Part shown: positions 19,881-30,494 of the stretch, in pieces
Position numbering within the stretch: position 1 is the stretch's first letter
How the letters are laid out: each line of letters starts with the position of its first letter
Assembly: GCA_965237955.1 (NCBI GenBank)
Contig: OZ250169.1
Span: 1,280,001 to 1,344,000, forward strand
Direction of reading: 5' to 3'
Origin: Candidatus Marinacidobacterales bacterium
GTDB lineage: Bacteria; Acidobacteriota; Vicinamibacteria; Marinacidobacterales; SMYC01
DNA length: 64,000 nucleotides
Position numbers and translations under genes: made by a program
Notes under the pieces: model-generated
Told to the model about the DNA's origin: nothing
Databases searched by the model: none
What the model saw: only the letters and a program-made list of their open reading frames with translations

Positions 19881-19966
19881 TGGTGCCGAAGGGGGGATTT
19901 GAACCCCCACTCCCCGAAGGAAACTGCGCCCTGAACGCAGCGCGTCTGCCGTTCCGCCACTTCGGC
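19881..19966 (-). tRNA. tRNA-Leu(CAG)
   Basis: GCCGAAG acceptor, anticodon stem CTGCG/CGCAG with loop TTCAGGG, long variable arm, GTTCAAATC, CCA. Confidence 0.97.
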
Positions 19967-20025
19967 ACTAGGGCAGTGAAGCTAGGAATGGTACAAAGAC
20001 GAGACCCCGTTTTCAAGACCGAGCT

Positions 20026-22179
20026 ATGGAAGACAAACAGATTCGAAGTCAGGTCCGAGAACGCTTGAAGCGTTTGGCCCGCCCCACGACGGAAAAAGAC
20101 CTCCTGAAGCAGCTTCGCTTGAAAGGTGGGGACCGCCAAGCGGCGAAGCGGGTCATCGAGGAGATGGTCGCAAAGGGCGAGCTCGTTCGAACCCATGCCG
20201 ACCGGATCGGGCTTCCGGAAAAGATGGACGCCGTTGCCGGGCGGCTCGAGGTGAAACGGGGCGGCTTCGGCTTCGTGGTACCGAACGAGCGCGGGCTTCA
20301 GGATGTCTACGTCGCGGGGCCGAACCTCGCCGACGCGCTGCACGGGGATCGCGTGCTCGTGCATATCGAGCGCACCGGAAGCGAAGGAAAACCCGAAGGA
20401 CGCATCGTTCGGGTGTTGGAGCGGCGCACGAAGGCCATCGTCGGTCGCCTCGAAGTCGATGCGGGTGGCACGCGCGTCGTCCCGTTCGACGCGCGCATGC
20501 TCTATGAAGTCTTTCTTCCCGCGAAAGACCTCCAAGGTGCGGTGCCCGGTGACATGGTGGTGGCGGAGTTCACTCGATTCCCGTCTCCTTATCGAGCTCC
20601 CATGGGCCGCATCGTGGAGGTGCTCGGGAGCGTCGACGAGCCTGGCGTCGACGTCGCGGTCATCGTGGCCAAGCACGGGATTCCCGATGAGTTTCCGGTC
20701 GACGTTCTCGACGAGGCGAACGCGATTGCGACCGAGGTGAGCCCCGACGCTCTCGAAGGCCGGGAGGATTTTCGCGATCGAGAGATCGTCACCATCGATG
20801 GGGAAACAGCGCGTGATTTCGACGACGCGGTCGAAGTCGAAGTGCTCGACAACAGTAACTACCGTCTCGGCGTTCACATCGCCGACGTTTCTCACTATGT
20901 GCAAGAGGGCACCGAGCTCGACGAGGAGGCGTTCATCCGAGGGACGTCCGTCTACTTTCCCGATCGCGTGGTGCCCATGCTTCCCGAGCGTCTTTCGAAC
21001 GGCATCTGCAGTCTCAACCCGGGGGTCGATCGCCTGGTACAGAGCGTGTTCGTCGAGGTCACTCCTTCGGGTGAGGTTGTGGCTAGCCGGTTCGCGGTTG
21101 GCGTCATCCGTTCCGCCGCTCGGATGACGTACACGAAAGTAAGGCAGATTTTGGTCGATCAGGACGCGACTCTCCGCCGCGAGTACGAGCATCTCATTCC
21201 TGGTTTCGAGCGCATGCTCGCGCTCTACAAGATCCTGCGTGCCCGGCGCGAGGCTCGGGGCTCGATTGACTTCGACCGCCCGGACGCAGAAATCGTTCTC
21301 GATGACTCGGGAGGCGTTTCTGATATTTGCGCCGAGGAGCGTAACGTTGCGCATCGCATCATCGAAGAGTTCATGCTGCTCGCTAACGAGACCGTCGCGC
21401 TCCACTTCTCGGAGCGTGAGGCACCATCGATTTACCGCATCCACGAGGAGCCAGATGAAGATCGTGTCGAACAGTTCGAAGACTTCATTCTCGGGTTCGG
21501 CCATCGCTTGCGCGCGGCGTCGGAGCCGCTTCACCCCAAAGCGTTCCAAAAGCTGCTTGCACGCATCGAAGGAAAGCCCGAGGAAAAGCTCATCTCGTTC
21601 GTGATGCTCCGCGCGATGAAACAAGCCGTGTACTCGGCGGAGAACTCCGGGCACTACGCGCTAGCGGCCGGTTTCTATACTCACTTCACATCGCCAATTC
21701 GGCGCTACCCCGACCTCATCGTGCATCGTCTGCTGCGAAAACTCCGCGATCACAACGAAATCGTCGTCGACGGGCTCGAAGATATTGCCGAGCATTGCTC
21801 GGTGACGGAGCGCCGCGCCGTCGACGCCGAACGCGAGCTCGTCGACTGGAAGAAAGTGCGCTTCATCGCGGACAAAGTCGGTGACGTCTTCGACGCCGTC
21901 GTCAGCGGTGTCACGGGCTTCGGGCTCTATGTGGAGCTACTCGACTATTTCGTCGAGGGCCTCGTGCACATGAGCACACTCGTCGACGACTACTACCACT
22001 ACAACGAGACCACGCACACGCTCTCAGGCGACGCGACCGGCCGGATGTTTCGCCTTGGCGATGAAGTTTCGGTCCAGCTCGTGCGTGTGAACCTGACGGA
22101 CCGGCAGTTGGATTTTTCGATTGAAGGCCTCGAGCCAAGACCAACCCGCGGCGGCCCACGCCGCACCCGCCACGCTTGA
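20026..22179 (+). CDS. rnr: Ribonuclease R
   Basis: N-terminal HTH/CSDs, TIDGETARDFDDA, HFTSPIRRYPD, C-terminal S1. Confidence 0.96.
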   Translation: MEDKQIRSQVRERLKRLARPTTEKDLLKQLRLKGGDRQAAKRVIEEMVAKGELVRTHADRIGLPEKMDAVAGRLEVKRGGFGFVVPNERGLQDVYVAGPNLADALHGDRVLVHIERTGSEGKPEGRIVRVLERRTKAIVGRLEVDAGGTRVVPFDARMLYEVFLPAKDLQGAVPGDMVVAEFTRFPSPYRAPMGRIVEVLGSVDEPGVDVAVIVAKHGIPDEFPVDVLDEANAIATEVSPDALEGREDFRDREIVTIDGETARDFDDAVEVEVLDNSNYRLGVHIADVSHYVQEGTELDEEAFIRGTSVYFPDRVVPMLPERLSNGICSLNPGVDRLVQSVFVEVTPSGEVVASRFAVGVIRSAARMTYTKVRQILVDQDATLRREYEHLIPGFERMLALYKILRARREARGSIDFDRPDAEIVLDDSGGVSDICAEERNVAHRIIEEFMLLANETVALHFSEREAPSIYRIHEEPDEDRVEQFEDFILGFGHRLRAASEPLHPKAFQKLLARIEGKPEEKLISFVMLRAMKQAVYSAENSGHYALAAGFYTHFTSPIRRYPDLIVHRLLRKLRDHNEIVVDGLEDIAEHCSVTERRAVDAERELVDWKKVRFIADKVGDVFDAVVSGVTGFGLYVELLDYFVEGLVHMSTLVDDYYHYNETTHTLSGDATGRMFRLGDEVSVQLVRVNLTDRQLDFSIEGLEPRPTRGGPRRTRHA

Positions 22180-22192
22180 GATCGTCGAGAAG

Positions 22193-23689
22193 CTAACTGG
22201 CAACGAGCTCGTAGCCTACCTTTTTCAGCAACTTTGCTTCGGCTTCTAGATCGGCGTGGGTCAGTGGGTGCTCGTCGAGCCAATCGGGTGGAAACGCGAT
22301 CGAGAGGCTCTTCTTCGTGCCCGCCACGGCGACCGGAGGCAGCGGGCGGGGGCTTCGGTGGCGGTTCAGGAGTACTGCGATACGGAGAAGGATCGCGAGT
22401 CTGAGTGCCGTCTCTTCCTCGATCAAGGTCAGATCTTGGAACGACGTCCGGGTGAGCTTCCGCCGGTGGGCGCCGATGAGCGCTGCCAAAAGCGTCTGAT
22501 CGTCTCGTGAGAATCCGGCGAGCTCGGAATTGGCGGCGATGTAGGCGCCGTGGCGGTGGTAACCGCTGTACGAGATGGTGATGCCGATTTCGTGAAGTCT
22601 CGATGCCCAGGTGAGCAGGTGCCGGAGATCGGGGTCTTCGAGGTTCCAAGCGTTTTTCAGCTGCTTCAATCCAGCGAGGGCGGTGCGCTCTACGCGATTC
22701 GCTTGCGTAGTGTCGATGCGGTATTGCTCCACCAGCCTGTGAATTGTTCGCTCGCGAGTATCTTCATGGCGGCTTCTGCCGATGAGGTCGTAAAGGACGC
22801 CTTCCCGGAGAGCACCGTTGGCGCGATCCATCGAATCCACTTCGAGACTCTCGAACACACTCTTCAAAATCGCGACGCCGCCAGGAAAGACCGGCGCCCG
22901 CTCAGGATTCAGGCCCGGGAGCGCGAGCTTGCTCGCTTTGCCGGCGTCGACGAGTGCTTTGGAAAGCTTCTTGATACCTTTGCGAGTGATGTTTTGGCCC
23001 CATCCGTTTTCCCGCATCACGGTAGACACGGACAAAATCGTCCCCGACGCACCGTAAGCACCCTCCCAGCCGTGGTTTTTGAACTGATCTTCGACAGTCT
23101 CTAGCTCGACGCGCGCGGCCGTCTCCGCGCGCTTCATGTTCTCGACCGAGATTTCGCCCTCCGGAAAGAATTGCTGTGTGAACGACACGCACCCCATGAA
23201 CAAACTGGCGACGCGTTTCGATTCGAAGCCCTCGCCAATGATGATCTCGGTGCTGCCTCCTCCGATATCCACGACGAGTCGACGTTCGTCTTCAAAAGGC
23301 AGGGAGTGCGACACCCCGAGGTAGATGAGACGGGCTTCCTCCTGTCCCGAAATGATCTCGCTGTGGTGGCCGAGCGCTTTCGATGCCTTCTCGAGCACGG
23401 CGCGCGGGTTTCGGACCTGGCGTAGCGTGTTCGTCCCCACGGCCCGCACTTGCTTCGCAGGGATGTCGCGGATGCGCTCGCCGAATTTCTCTAGTGCGGC
23501 GTACGCGCGCTCGAGTGCTTCGTCGCTCAGAGTTTTATCTTCGGTGAGGCCGCCGGCGAGGCGGACGCGCTCGCGCAACCGGTCCACATCGTGGATGTCG
23601 TCGTGGACCGCGCGAGCGATCTTCATGTGGAAACTGTTGGAGCCGAGATCGACGGCAGCGAACGTGTCGGCAAGATTGCTGTCGCTCAT
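22193..23689 (-). CDS. ppx: Ppx/GppA exopolyphosphatase
   Basis: AAVDLGSNSFH, EEARLIY, DIGGGSTE, LREG, C-terminal HD-like domain. Confidence 0.93.
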   Translation of the reverse strand: MSDSNLADTFAAVDLGSNSFHMKIARAVHDDIHDVDRLRERVRLAGGLTEDKTLSDEALERAYAALEKFGERIRDIPAKQVRAVGTNTLRQVRNPRAVLEKASKALGHHSEIISGQEEARLIYLGVSHSLPFEDERRLVVDIGGGSTEIIIGEGFESKRVASLFMGCVSFTQQFFPEGEISVENMKRAETAARVELETVEDQFKNHGWEGAYGASGTILSVSTVMRENGWGQNITRKGIKKLSKALVDAGKASKLALPGLNPERAPVFPGGVAILKSVFESLEVDSMDRANGALREGVLYDLIGRSRHEDTRERTIHRLVEQYRIDTTQANRVERTALAGLKQLKNAWNLEDPDLRHLLTWASRLHEIGITISYSGYHRHGAYIAANSELAGFSRDDQTLLAALIGAHRRKLTRTSFQDLTLIEEETALRLAILLRIAVLLNRHRSPRPLPPVAVAGTKKSLSIAFPPDWLDEHPLTHADLEAEAKLLKKVGYELVAS

Positions 23690-23705
23690 GTCGTATGATG
23701 CTGGT

Positions 23706-24452
23706 ATGGCCACCTACGTCATCGGGGACGTGCAAGGATGTTTTATCACGCTCGAGCGACTTCTGATGCGCATCGATTTCGACCCGTCACACGATCGCCT
23801 CTGGTTCGTTGGCGATATCGTGAACCGCGGGCCGAACTCGCTCGACGTTCTTCGTTTCATCCGCGAGCTCGGCGATCGCGCCGTCGTCGTGCTCGGGAAC
23901 CATGATTTGCATCTGATCGCGCGAAGCCGCGGCACTCGCGAACGAAAGCCGCGAGACACTTTCGATGACGTTCTCGAGGCGCCCGATCGGGACGCGCTCA
24001 TCGAATGGCTCCTGAGTCAGCCGCTTCTTCACCGTGAAGGCGATCACGTCATGGTCCACGCCGGTCTACTCCCGCAATGGAGCCTCGAGGAAGCGGAAGC
24101 CTTGGCCCGGAAAGCCGAAAAGAAACTGCGAGACGACCGACTCGGTAAATCGTTACGGACCGCTGTCGACGCCTTCACACGACTGCGTACCTGTACTGAG
24201 TCGGGTGAGATGTGCTTGGATTTCGCCGGTCCTCCGGAGCAAGCCCCGGCGGGATGTCGCCCATGGTTCGAGCTCGCGGAAATTCCAGGCGCCACCACGA
24301 TTTTTTTCGGCCACTGGGCGAGCCTCGGTCTGCACTTGGGCACGAACGCGATCGGTTTGGATACCGGTTGCGTGTGGGGAGGTGCCTTGACCGCGCTGCG
24401 GCTCGAAGATCGAAAGCTCGTCCACGAGCCGAGCGAGCTCTCTAGTGCTTAG
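23706..24452 (+). CDS. apaH: Symmetrical diadenosine tetraphosphatase
   Basis: MATYVIGDVQGC, GDIVNRGP, GNHD, HAG, FGHWA, LDTGCVWG. Confidence 0.93.
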   Translation: MATYVIGDVQGCFITLERLLMRIDFDPSHDRLWFVGDIVNRGPNSLDVLRFIRELGDRAVVVLGNHDLHLIARSRGTRERKPRDTFDDVLEAPDRDALIEWLLSQPLLHREGDHVMVHAGLLPQWSLEEAEALARKAEKKLRDDRLGKSLRTAVDAFTRLRTCTESGEMCLDFAGPPEQAPAGCRPWFELAEIPGATTIFFGHWASLGLHLGTNAIGLDTGCVWGGALTALRLEDRKLVHEPSELSSA

Positions 24453-24564
24453 CCCTGGCTAGTCCCCTGGATCTTTGATTACTATACAAAGTTAGGCTTT
24501 TCGCCAGCCCATAAGATTCATAAGATTCATGCACTTAGAAGGGTTTCGGCAAGCTCTGCTTTAT

Positions 24565-25992
24565 CTAGTTTGTTCTGATACAGGGGACTAGGGCTTCGGG
24601 CTCGTACTTCTTGACGCCAGTGACTTCCCGCAATAGCTCGCGCTGGATCGGCTCGGGAATGGGCGCATCGGCGCTTCCCTCGACGACCGCGAGGACGATC
24701 TTGTGCTCGGGAATGCTGATGACGCTCCACGAGCGCGAGCCGTCTCTAAACTCGTAGCGGCGGCATTCGAGGCGGCGGCCTTCGGTGAGGGACCAGAATG
24801 CGTCGAACCCGCGGCGCGTCAGTTGCTCCTCTTCGGGCACATGTCCGTTCCGCTCGACGAGACGCGCGTAGCGAACGCTTCGGCCTTCACGGGTCGCCCG
24901 CACTCGCTCCCGAATGTCCTTTCCGGGAAGCCAACCTTCGCGCACGAGCCGGCTCTTGTGCTTGCGGATCTCCGGCGGCACTTGCGCGAGAAGGAAGCGG
25001 CGCTTCGGAAGCTCGCCCCCGGGCCAAAGGAGTAGCTGCTCGACGAAACGCTCTACCAGAGCAAAATAGGCATGAGCGGCGTTACCGGTCCAAGCCACCG
25101 CGAGGTCGGTGAACGCACGGTCGCGGCGCGTGCGCTGCGCTTTCAAAAGCGCGAGAAGTCCGGGATTCTGCGGCGGGTAGGCTTCAGGGAGCTCTCTCTC
25201 GGCGAGTGCGAGATCGCGAAGTTTCCGGGCTTCGTCGAGAGCTGAGTTTTCGAGCGTGCTCGAGATTTCTTCGGTCATGACGCGCGTGTCCTGCAGATCG
25301 CCGAGGCAATCCTGTAACGACTTCATCCGTTTGATGAGCGGACGAGCGTCGTCGAGCTCGTTTTGAAGAGGCTCGAGGATGTAGCGCAGTCGTTTCGCTT
25401 CGATACGGGCTCGATGGAGAAGATCCGCATCTTCGGCAGAACGCGCGGCGGTGAGGCTCGCCTTCAGGGCATCGGCGTGCTCTTGGATGAGCCTCCCGGT
25501 AGCGCGGACGAAATCCGACGAGCTGTGCTCGTCGACAAGGCACAGGCGAGAAAGCGCCTTCGTCAAATCTCTACGAAGCGGACGGAACGCGCGCCGGAGC
25601 GTCTCCGGAGTCGGCGTCGTCGCTTGCCGCGCACCGAGAACGGCGATGAGGTAGTTCGCTCCACTCACGCCCGGCTCACCGAGCTTGTCCCCCTCCTTCG
25701 TGAGCCACTCGATTTGGACTTCGGCGTCACGAGCTACGTTCGTGGATCCCGCGAGCGTTTTGACGCGAGCCTGAAGCCGCTTCGAGGCCGACCCGCGAAG
25801 ATGTCGCCGGTAGGCGCGCATGAGGCTTCTGAGTCGGCGGAGCGATACCCGGAAGTCGTGCAGGGCCTCGGTGTCGTTCGGGTCGTCCATGCGCTCGAGC
25901 GCGGAGGAGGTCTCGTCCACGAGAGCCAAGCACAAACGTCTCGCCGTCTCCTGGGGAGATCGCTCGAGCAAGTGCCGCGGAAGCTTCGCCAT
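24565..25992 (-). CDS. CHAD-domain protein with CYTH-like C-terminus
   Basis: LHDFRVSLRRLR, RD.EV, LHRARIEAKRLRY, LQDCLGDLQD; C-terminal RRFLL…GWLPG…ERVR. Confidence 0.85.
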   Translation of the reverse strand: MAKLPRHLLERSPQETARRLCLALVDETSSALERMDDPNDTEALHDFRVSLRRLRSLMRAYRRHLRGSASKRLQARVKTLAGSTNVARDAEVQIEWLTKEGDKLGEPGVSGANYLIAVLGARQATTPTPETLRRAFRPLRRDLTKALSRLCLVDEHSSSDFVRATGRLIQEHADALKASLTAARSAEDADLLHRARIEAKRLRYILEPLQNELDDARPLIKRMKSLQDCLGDLQDTRVMTEEISSTLENSALDEARKLRDLALAERELPEAYPPQNPGLLALLKAQRTRRDRAFTDLAVAWTGNAAHAYFALVERFVEQLLLWPGGELPKRRFLLAQVPPEIRKHKSRLVREGWLPGKDIRERVRATREGRSVRYARLVERNGHVPEEEQLTRRGFDAFWSLTEGRRLECRRYEFRDGSRSWSVISIPEHKIVLAVVEGSADAPIPEPIQRELLREVTGVKKYEPEALVPCIRTN

Positions 25993-26058
25993 TGTGCTAG
26001 CATGATTGTAATCCACAACAACCGGAAACATTGACCATTGACTCGGGAGGGCTCTCTC

Positions 26059-26598
26059 ATGGTAGGGCGTGTTTCGCGCGGAGCGTGCTTCGTTTTGGGT
26101 CTGATATTGTTTGCGTGCGGCGGCGGCGATTCGGACAAGGCTGCACCAGCGCGAGCGGCGGCGAGCGCGTCCGCCGGGAGTTCGAGACCGAGCGGAAACG
26201 GCGCCTGCGGTCTCATGTTGCAGTCTGAGGTGGATGAGCTCTTCGGGACCGGTGTCGGCGCCGGTGTCGACGAAACCCTCGAGGGAGATGTTTCGATCTG
26301 CTCGTGGCCGTCGGGTGACGAGCCGAGCCTGTTGCTTCAGGTCTCGCCGGGAAGCTCTGATATTCGGGTCGCCGTCGATCTCGGCGATGGCTATCGTGTC
26401 GTCGAGATCGCCGGGATGAGCGGGCCCGCTGCCGCCGCAATCGAAGAGGCGGACGGACCCGAGACCGTCGTCGTCTTCGCGCTTGCCGCCGGTGACACGA
26501 CGGTCACAGTGAGCCCTTTCGGACTCGAAATCGCGGCGGACTCACCCCAGTTCGATACCCTAAAAATGCTGATGGACCGTATCGCCGCGAGGTTGTAA
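26059..26598 (+). CDS. Putative lipoprotein
   Basis: Lipobox LFAC; paired Cys (ACGL…CSW). Confidence 0.7.
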   Translation: MVGRVSRGACFVLGLILFACGGGDSDKAAPARAAASASAGSSRPSGNGACGLMLQSEVDELFGTGVGAGVDETLEGDVSICSWPSGDEPSLLLQVSPGSSDIRVAVDLGDGYRVVEIAGMSGPAAAAIEEADGPETVVVFALAAGDTTVTVSPFGLEIAADSPQFDTLKMLMDRIAARL

Positions 26599-26643
26599 CG
26601 AATCCCTCTCCGACCACACTTGTTCCGTGAGCACGTTGAAAGG

Positions 26644-27496
26644 CTACGGCGATATCGCTCGGCGTTTCGCTCGGCGCTCCTTCATGTCGAACGAGTCTCC
26701 GGGGCGCAGAAAATAGAACCGTCCTTCGCCGGCTACCGTTTTGTTGTAGTCGTAGATCGCCACCACGCTCTGTCCGATGACTTCGAATTCGTTCCCGTGG
26801 ACGACGATGGCGGTGTCCTCCGCGATCCCGATACCCAGCAGATGTGGATACTTTTCGATCAACGGGATCAAATCGAAGTGACGGTTGCGTGCCAGCAAGT
26901 GCTGGTCGATCGCGACGTTCTCGAGGAAATTGAAGCCTTCTTCGTGATCCCCCATCATGATCGCGTTCGTCTCGGTGTCGCCCCGCACCAGGTACGAGCC
27001 TTGGATGCTGGCACCCGCTGAGGACCCGCCGATGACGCCGCCACGCTCCAAGACCTTGTGCAACTCCTGCTCGGTCCGCGTGTCGAGGTAGGTCTCCGCC
27101 AACCGCCACTGCCGGCCGCCTGGAAACCAGACGCCTCTCGTTTTCCGGATGGGCTCGATGAAAGCCTCGCTGTCGGCCTCGACCCGGTCCCGCGTGTGTA
27201 CGACGGTGATGGATTCGGTCCCGAGCTCCCGCCAACGCCGGGTGCCGGGATAGTCCCCGTCGTAGTAGTCGGCTGCTCCCGCGCTCGGGATGATGACAAT
27301 GGGCGCCTCCGGCCCCCCGGCGAGCTCGATGAAGCGCGCCATGATGGCGGTGTCCTTCATCGCCCCCCCCGACGATGACGAGCGATCCACGAGCGGGACC
27401 GACGTCTTGGGCCCCGTCTTGAGCCCCTTCTTGAGCGATGACGAGTGCATGGCTGAGGACGAGCGGAGTGACCGCTCGGAATAAGTTCTTCCACAT
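26644..27496 (-). CDS. Secreted cyanophycinase-like peptidase S51 (frameshift at C8 run ~27365)
   Basis: GSLVIVGG, GGRQWRL, GGSSAGA, IDQH motifs; signal peptide is in the upstream frame. Confidence 0.85.
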
Positions 27497-27604
27497 GATG
27501 ACGTTATCCCCTTATCCACGTATTAAGTAGTATCAAAGCCGTTGGGGTACTAACGATCTAACACAGCTACGGGGACCGGTGCGAACTGCTATCATCCCCA
27601 CGAA

Positions 27605-29509
27605 GTGGACAAGGCCAGCCACGTTGTCATCGGTACCGCCGGGCACATCGACCACGGCAAGAGTGCCCTCGTGCGTGCTCTAACCGGAACCGACCCGGAC
27701 CGCCTCAAAGAAGAGAAAGAGCGCGGCATCACCATCGACCTTGGCTTCGCGTTCCTCGCCAGTGAGAACAACATATCGCTTGCGTTAATAGACGTTCCGG
27801 GTCACGAAAAATTCGTGAAGAACATGCTCGCCGGCGTGGGGGGGATCGATCTCGTCATGCTCGTTGTTGCCGCGGACGAGTCCGTCATGCCGCAAACACG
27901 CGAGCATTTCGAAATCTGCCGGCTACTCGAGATCCCACGGGGCATCATCGTCCTTACTAAGTGCGACCTCGTCGACTCGGATCTGCGCGAGCTCGCGGTG
28001 CTCGAAACGCGCGAGCTTGTCGCCGGGAGCTTTCTCGACGACGCTCCCGTTGTCGAGGTGTCGTCGACGAGCGGTGAGGGCATCGACGCGCTGAAACAAA
28101 CATTATTCGAGCAAGCCGAAGCGGTACCCGTACGGAAGGCTAGTGGCCTTTTCCGTCTGCCTGTGGATCGCGTGTTCTCGATGAAAGGGTTTGGCACTGT
28201 CGTCACCGGAACTCTTGTAGCCGGTGCCGTGCGCCAAGACGACGAAGTCGAGATCCTTCCGCGAGGATCGAAAGCGCGTGTTCGCGGGCTTCAAGTGCAC
28301 GGGGAGAAACGAGAGCTCGCATCCGCCGGTCAGAGAACGGCAGTGAATCTGCAAGGCATCGACACGGACGACGTTGCTCGTGGCGATATGCTGACGATCC
28401 CGGGTACTTTCGTTCCCACGATGATGCTCGATGCCGAGCTCGACGTTCTCGAGTCGTCGCCCGTCCCCGTCAAGGATCTCACGCGCGTTCACTTGCATGT
28501 CGGCACCGCGCAGGTTCTCGCCCGCGTCCGCACTCTCGGAGGCAGAAAGGCGTTGGCGCCCGGGGATAAAGGGATCGTGCAGCTTCGATTGGAGAGTCCC
28601 GTCGTTGCCGCGCGCGGCGATCGCTTCATCCTGCGCCGCTACTCTCCGCTCGAGACGATTGCCGGTGGTCTGGTGCTGGACGCTCGTCCCGAAAAACACG
28701 CGGTCACGAGCGCCGCCGCCATCGCCCGCGTCGAAGCGCTTCTCGCCGGCGACAACCTCACCGCCGCGGTCCAATTCGTCGCGGAAGCGGGCGTGGCCGG
28801 CCTCACCGAGGGAGACCTTGCGCGGCGTCTCGGCCTCGACGCGGAAGAGATGACCGACGTGTCACGGGCGGCATCGCTCGTAGCGGTTTCGGAGAAACCG
28901 CGCATCTACATTGGGCCTGATGTGGTCGACTCGCTCGCGAACCGTCTGAACGACGAGCTCGCGCGCTTTCAAAAGAAGAACCCTCTCCTCGACGGCATGC
29001 CCAAAAGCGAGCTGCGGGAGAAAACCGCGGCGCGCGCGCCGCAGGAAGTCTTCGAGTGGGTTCTCACCAAGCTCGTCACCGAGGGCGGGCTCCGGAGCGT
29101 GCACGACTTGGTGGCCACGGCGGATCACAGAATTCAGATGAGCCCGGAAGAAGCGCAGGCGCGGGACTTTCTCGTCGCGGAATACCGCGAGTCGGGCTGC
29201 CGACCGAAAAACCTCAGCGAGGCGGCGACGAACGGTAAGCAGGACCTGCGCCTGCTCGAGCGCGTGCAGCGCGTGCTCTTGAAAGACGGCACCTTGGTTC
29301 AGATCGCCGACGGCATGGTGTTCCACCGCGACGTCCTCGAGGAGCTCAAAGAAACCATCCGCGGTTACAAGACGAAGCGCGACAGCATCGACGTCGGCTT
29401 TTTCAAAGAAATGGCGGGCGTTACCCGCAAGCACGCCATCCCGCTCCTCGAATGGCTCGACCGCGAGCGCGTCACCCAAAGATCTGGGAACGCCAGAAGG
29501 ATCCTGTGA
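27605..29509 (+). CDS. selB: Selenocysteine-specific elongation factor
   Basis: [31 protein letters not shown]-terminal [13 protein letters not shown]. Confidence 0.96.
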   Translation: MDKASHVVIGTAGHIDHGKSALVRALTGTDPDRLKEEKERGITIDLGFAFLASENNISLALIDVPGHEKFVKNMLAGVGGIDLVMLVVAADESVMPQTREHFEICRLLEIPRGIIVLTKCDLVDSDLRELAVLETRELVAGSFLDDAPVVEVSSTSGEGIDALKQTLFEQAEAVPVRKASGLFRLPVDRVFSMKGFGTVVTGTLVAGAVRQDDEVEILPRGSKARVRGLQVHGEKRELASAGQRTAVNLQGIDTDDVARGDMLTIPGTFVPTMMLDAELDVLESSPVPVKDLTRVHLHVGTAQVLARVRTLGGRKALAPGDKGIVQLRLESPVVAARGDRFILRRYSPLETIAGGLVLDARPEKHAVTSAAAIARVEALLAGDNLTAAVQFVAEAGVAGLTEGDLARRLGLDAEEMTDVSRAASLVAVSEKPRIYIGPDVVDSLANRLNDELARFQKKNPLLDGMPKSELREKTAARAPQEVFEWVLTKLVTEGGLRSVHDLVATADHRIQMSPEEAQARDFLVAEYRESGCRPKNLSEAATNGKQDLRLLERVQRVLLKDGTLVQIADGMVFHRDVLEELKETIRGYKTKRDSIDVGFFKEMAGVTRKHAIPLLEWLDRERVTQRSGNARRIL

Positions 29510-29512
29510 TTT

Positions 29513-29707
29513 AGCTCCCAGTCACCAGCTCCCAGCTATTGCCTTTTTTCGATGTGGCGAACGTCTCGTTCCAGTCGTTGGTTATCCTGTCAGTCAGGAG
29601 GTCCCAGCTGCTGTCAGCTTCCCCCGTCGTTGTCATCGGCTGGTAGCTAAGGCAGCTGGAAGCTGGCGACTGGAAGTTTGCCACGCCTGATGCTGGTGAC
29701 TAGAAGC
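29513..29707. repeat. Degenerate heptamer repeats in inverted arrangement
   Basis: AGCTCCC/AGTCACC units on the left, GCTGGAA/GCTGGCG/ACTGGAA/GCTGGTG units on the right. Confidence 0.5.
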
Positions 29708-29783
29708 CATCAGCGTGCTACGATCTAAGTAACACTTCCCCAAAAACTGAATATCTACACACTCACCGAACAAGGAGGAGCTC

Positions 29784-30383
29784 ATGCAGCTCGGGTGCAT
29801 CGCTGCGATCGGCGCGCTCTATCTGATGTGGATGGGCGGCCAAGGCCTGTACACGTCCGTCAAGAACCGTGCGCCCATGGAGTTGGCCTGCGAGCATTAC
29901 GATGACGTCAAGCCCAATAAAGAGTGGCTCCGACTCACCGGATGCGAGCTGAACCTCATGGAAAGCTCGTACATGGAGTAAAACGGCAAAGCCGTCGAGC
30001 TGTTCATCCCCGCGCGTGGCCCCGGTGAAGACGAAGGGGACCCGATTTACGTGCTGGTAGCGACGGATGACAAGGAGCTTCTCGCGCTCACGAACGAGAT
30101 GATGAATTTCGAGACCGAGCGGGAGCTCATGAGCTACTTCGCGAGGAATCGTTCCAAGCTCCACTTGAAGCGCGACGTGTAGGGGTTGGTCCGCTACGGT
30201 GTCGATCTCGACGACAGTGACCGCGCCGAGCTCGCCGGGCTCGATGCCGCGCTGGCTTCCGATTTCGTCATCGTCGATGACGGCAAAGATCCCGGCTTCG
30301 CGAAGTCACTCGGGTTTCTCGGCGGGGGCATCGTGTTGCTTTTGGGCGTCGGCGCGGTTGCAGCCGGCAATGAGGATGGCTGA
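29784..30383 (+). pseudogene. Membrane-anchored hypothetical protein with two in-frame stops
   Basis: AAGGAGGAG RBS; one frame, broken by TAA 29979 and TAG 30180; hydrophobic N- and C-termini. Confidence 0.7.
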
Positions 30384-30494
30384 CGGCTGACTGGCGGCCG
30401 TTTGCCTTTCCTTGCCGACTTAGAATAGTTTGGGGTATCCACCGCGTGAGGCCTGGCCACTACCTCCGCCCGCGACGGCTGGTCGTGGAACGAG

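Noticed and set aside
19870-21654. Long antisense ORFs (e.g. 594 aa opposite rnr; also opposite the sulfatase and the NtrC-family gene)
   Set aside because: Shadow ORFs expected from high-GC codon bias; no motifs.
27605-30383. selC tRNA or a selenoprotein near selB
   Set aside because: No tRNA-Sec fold or in-frame TGA with SECIS found.
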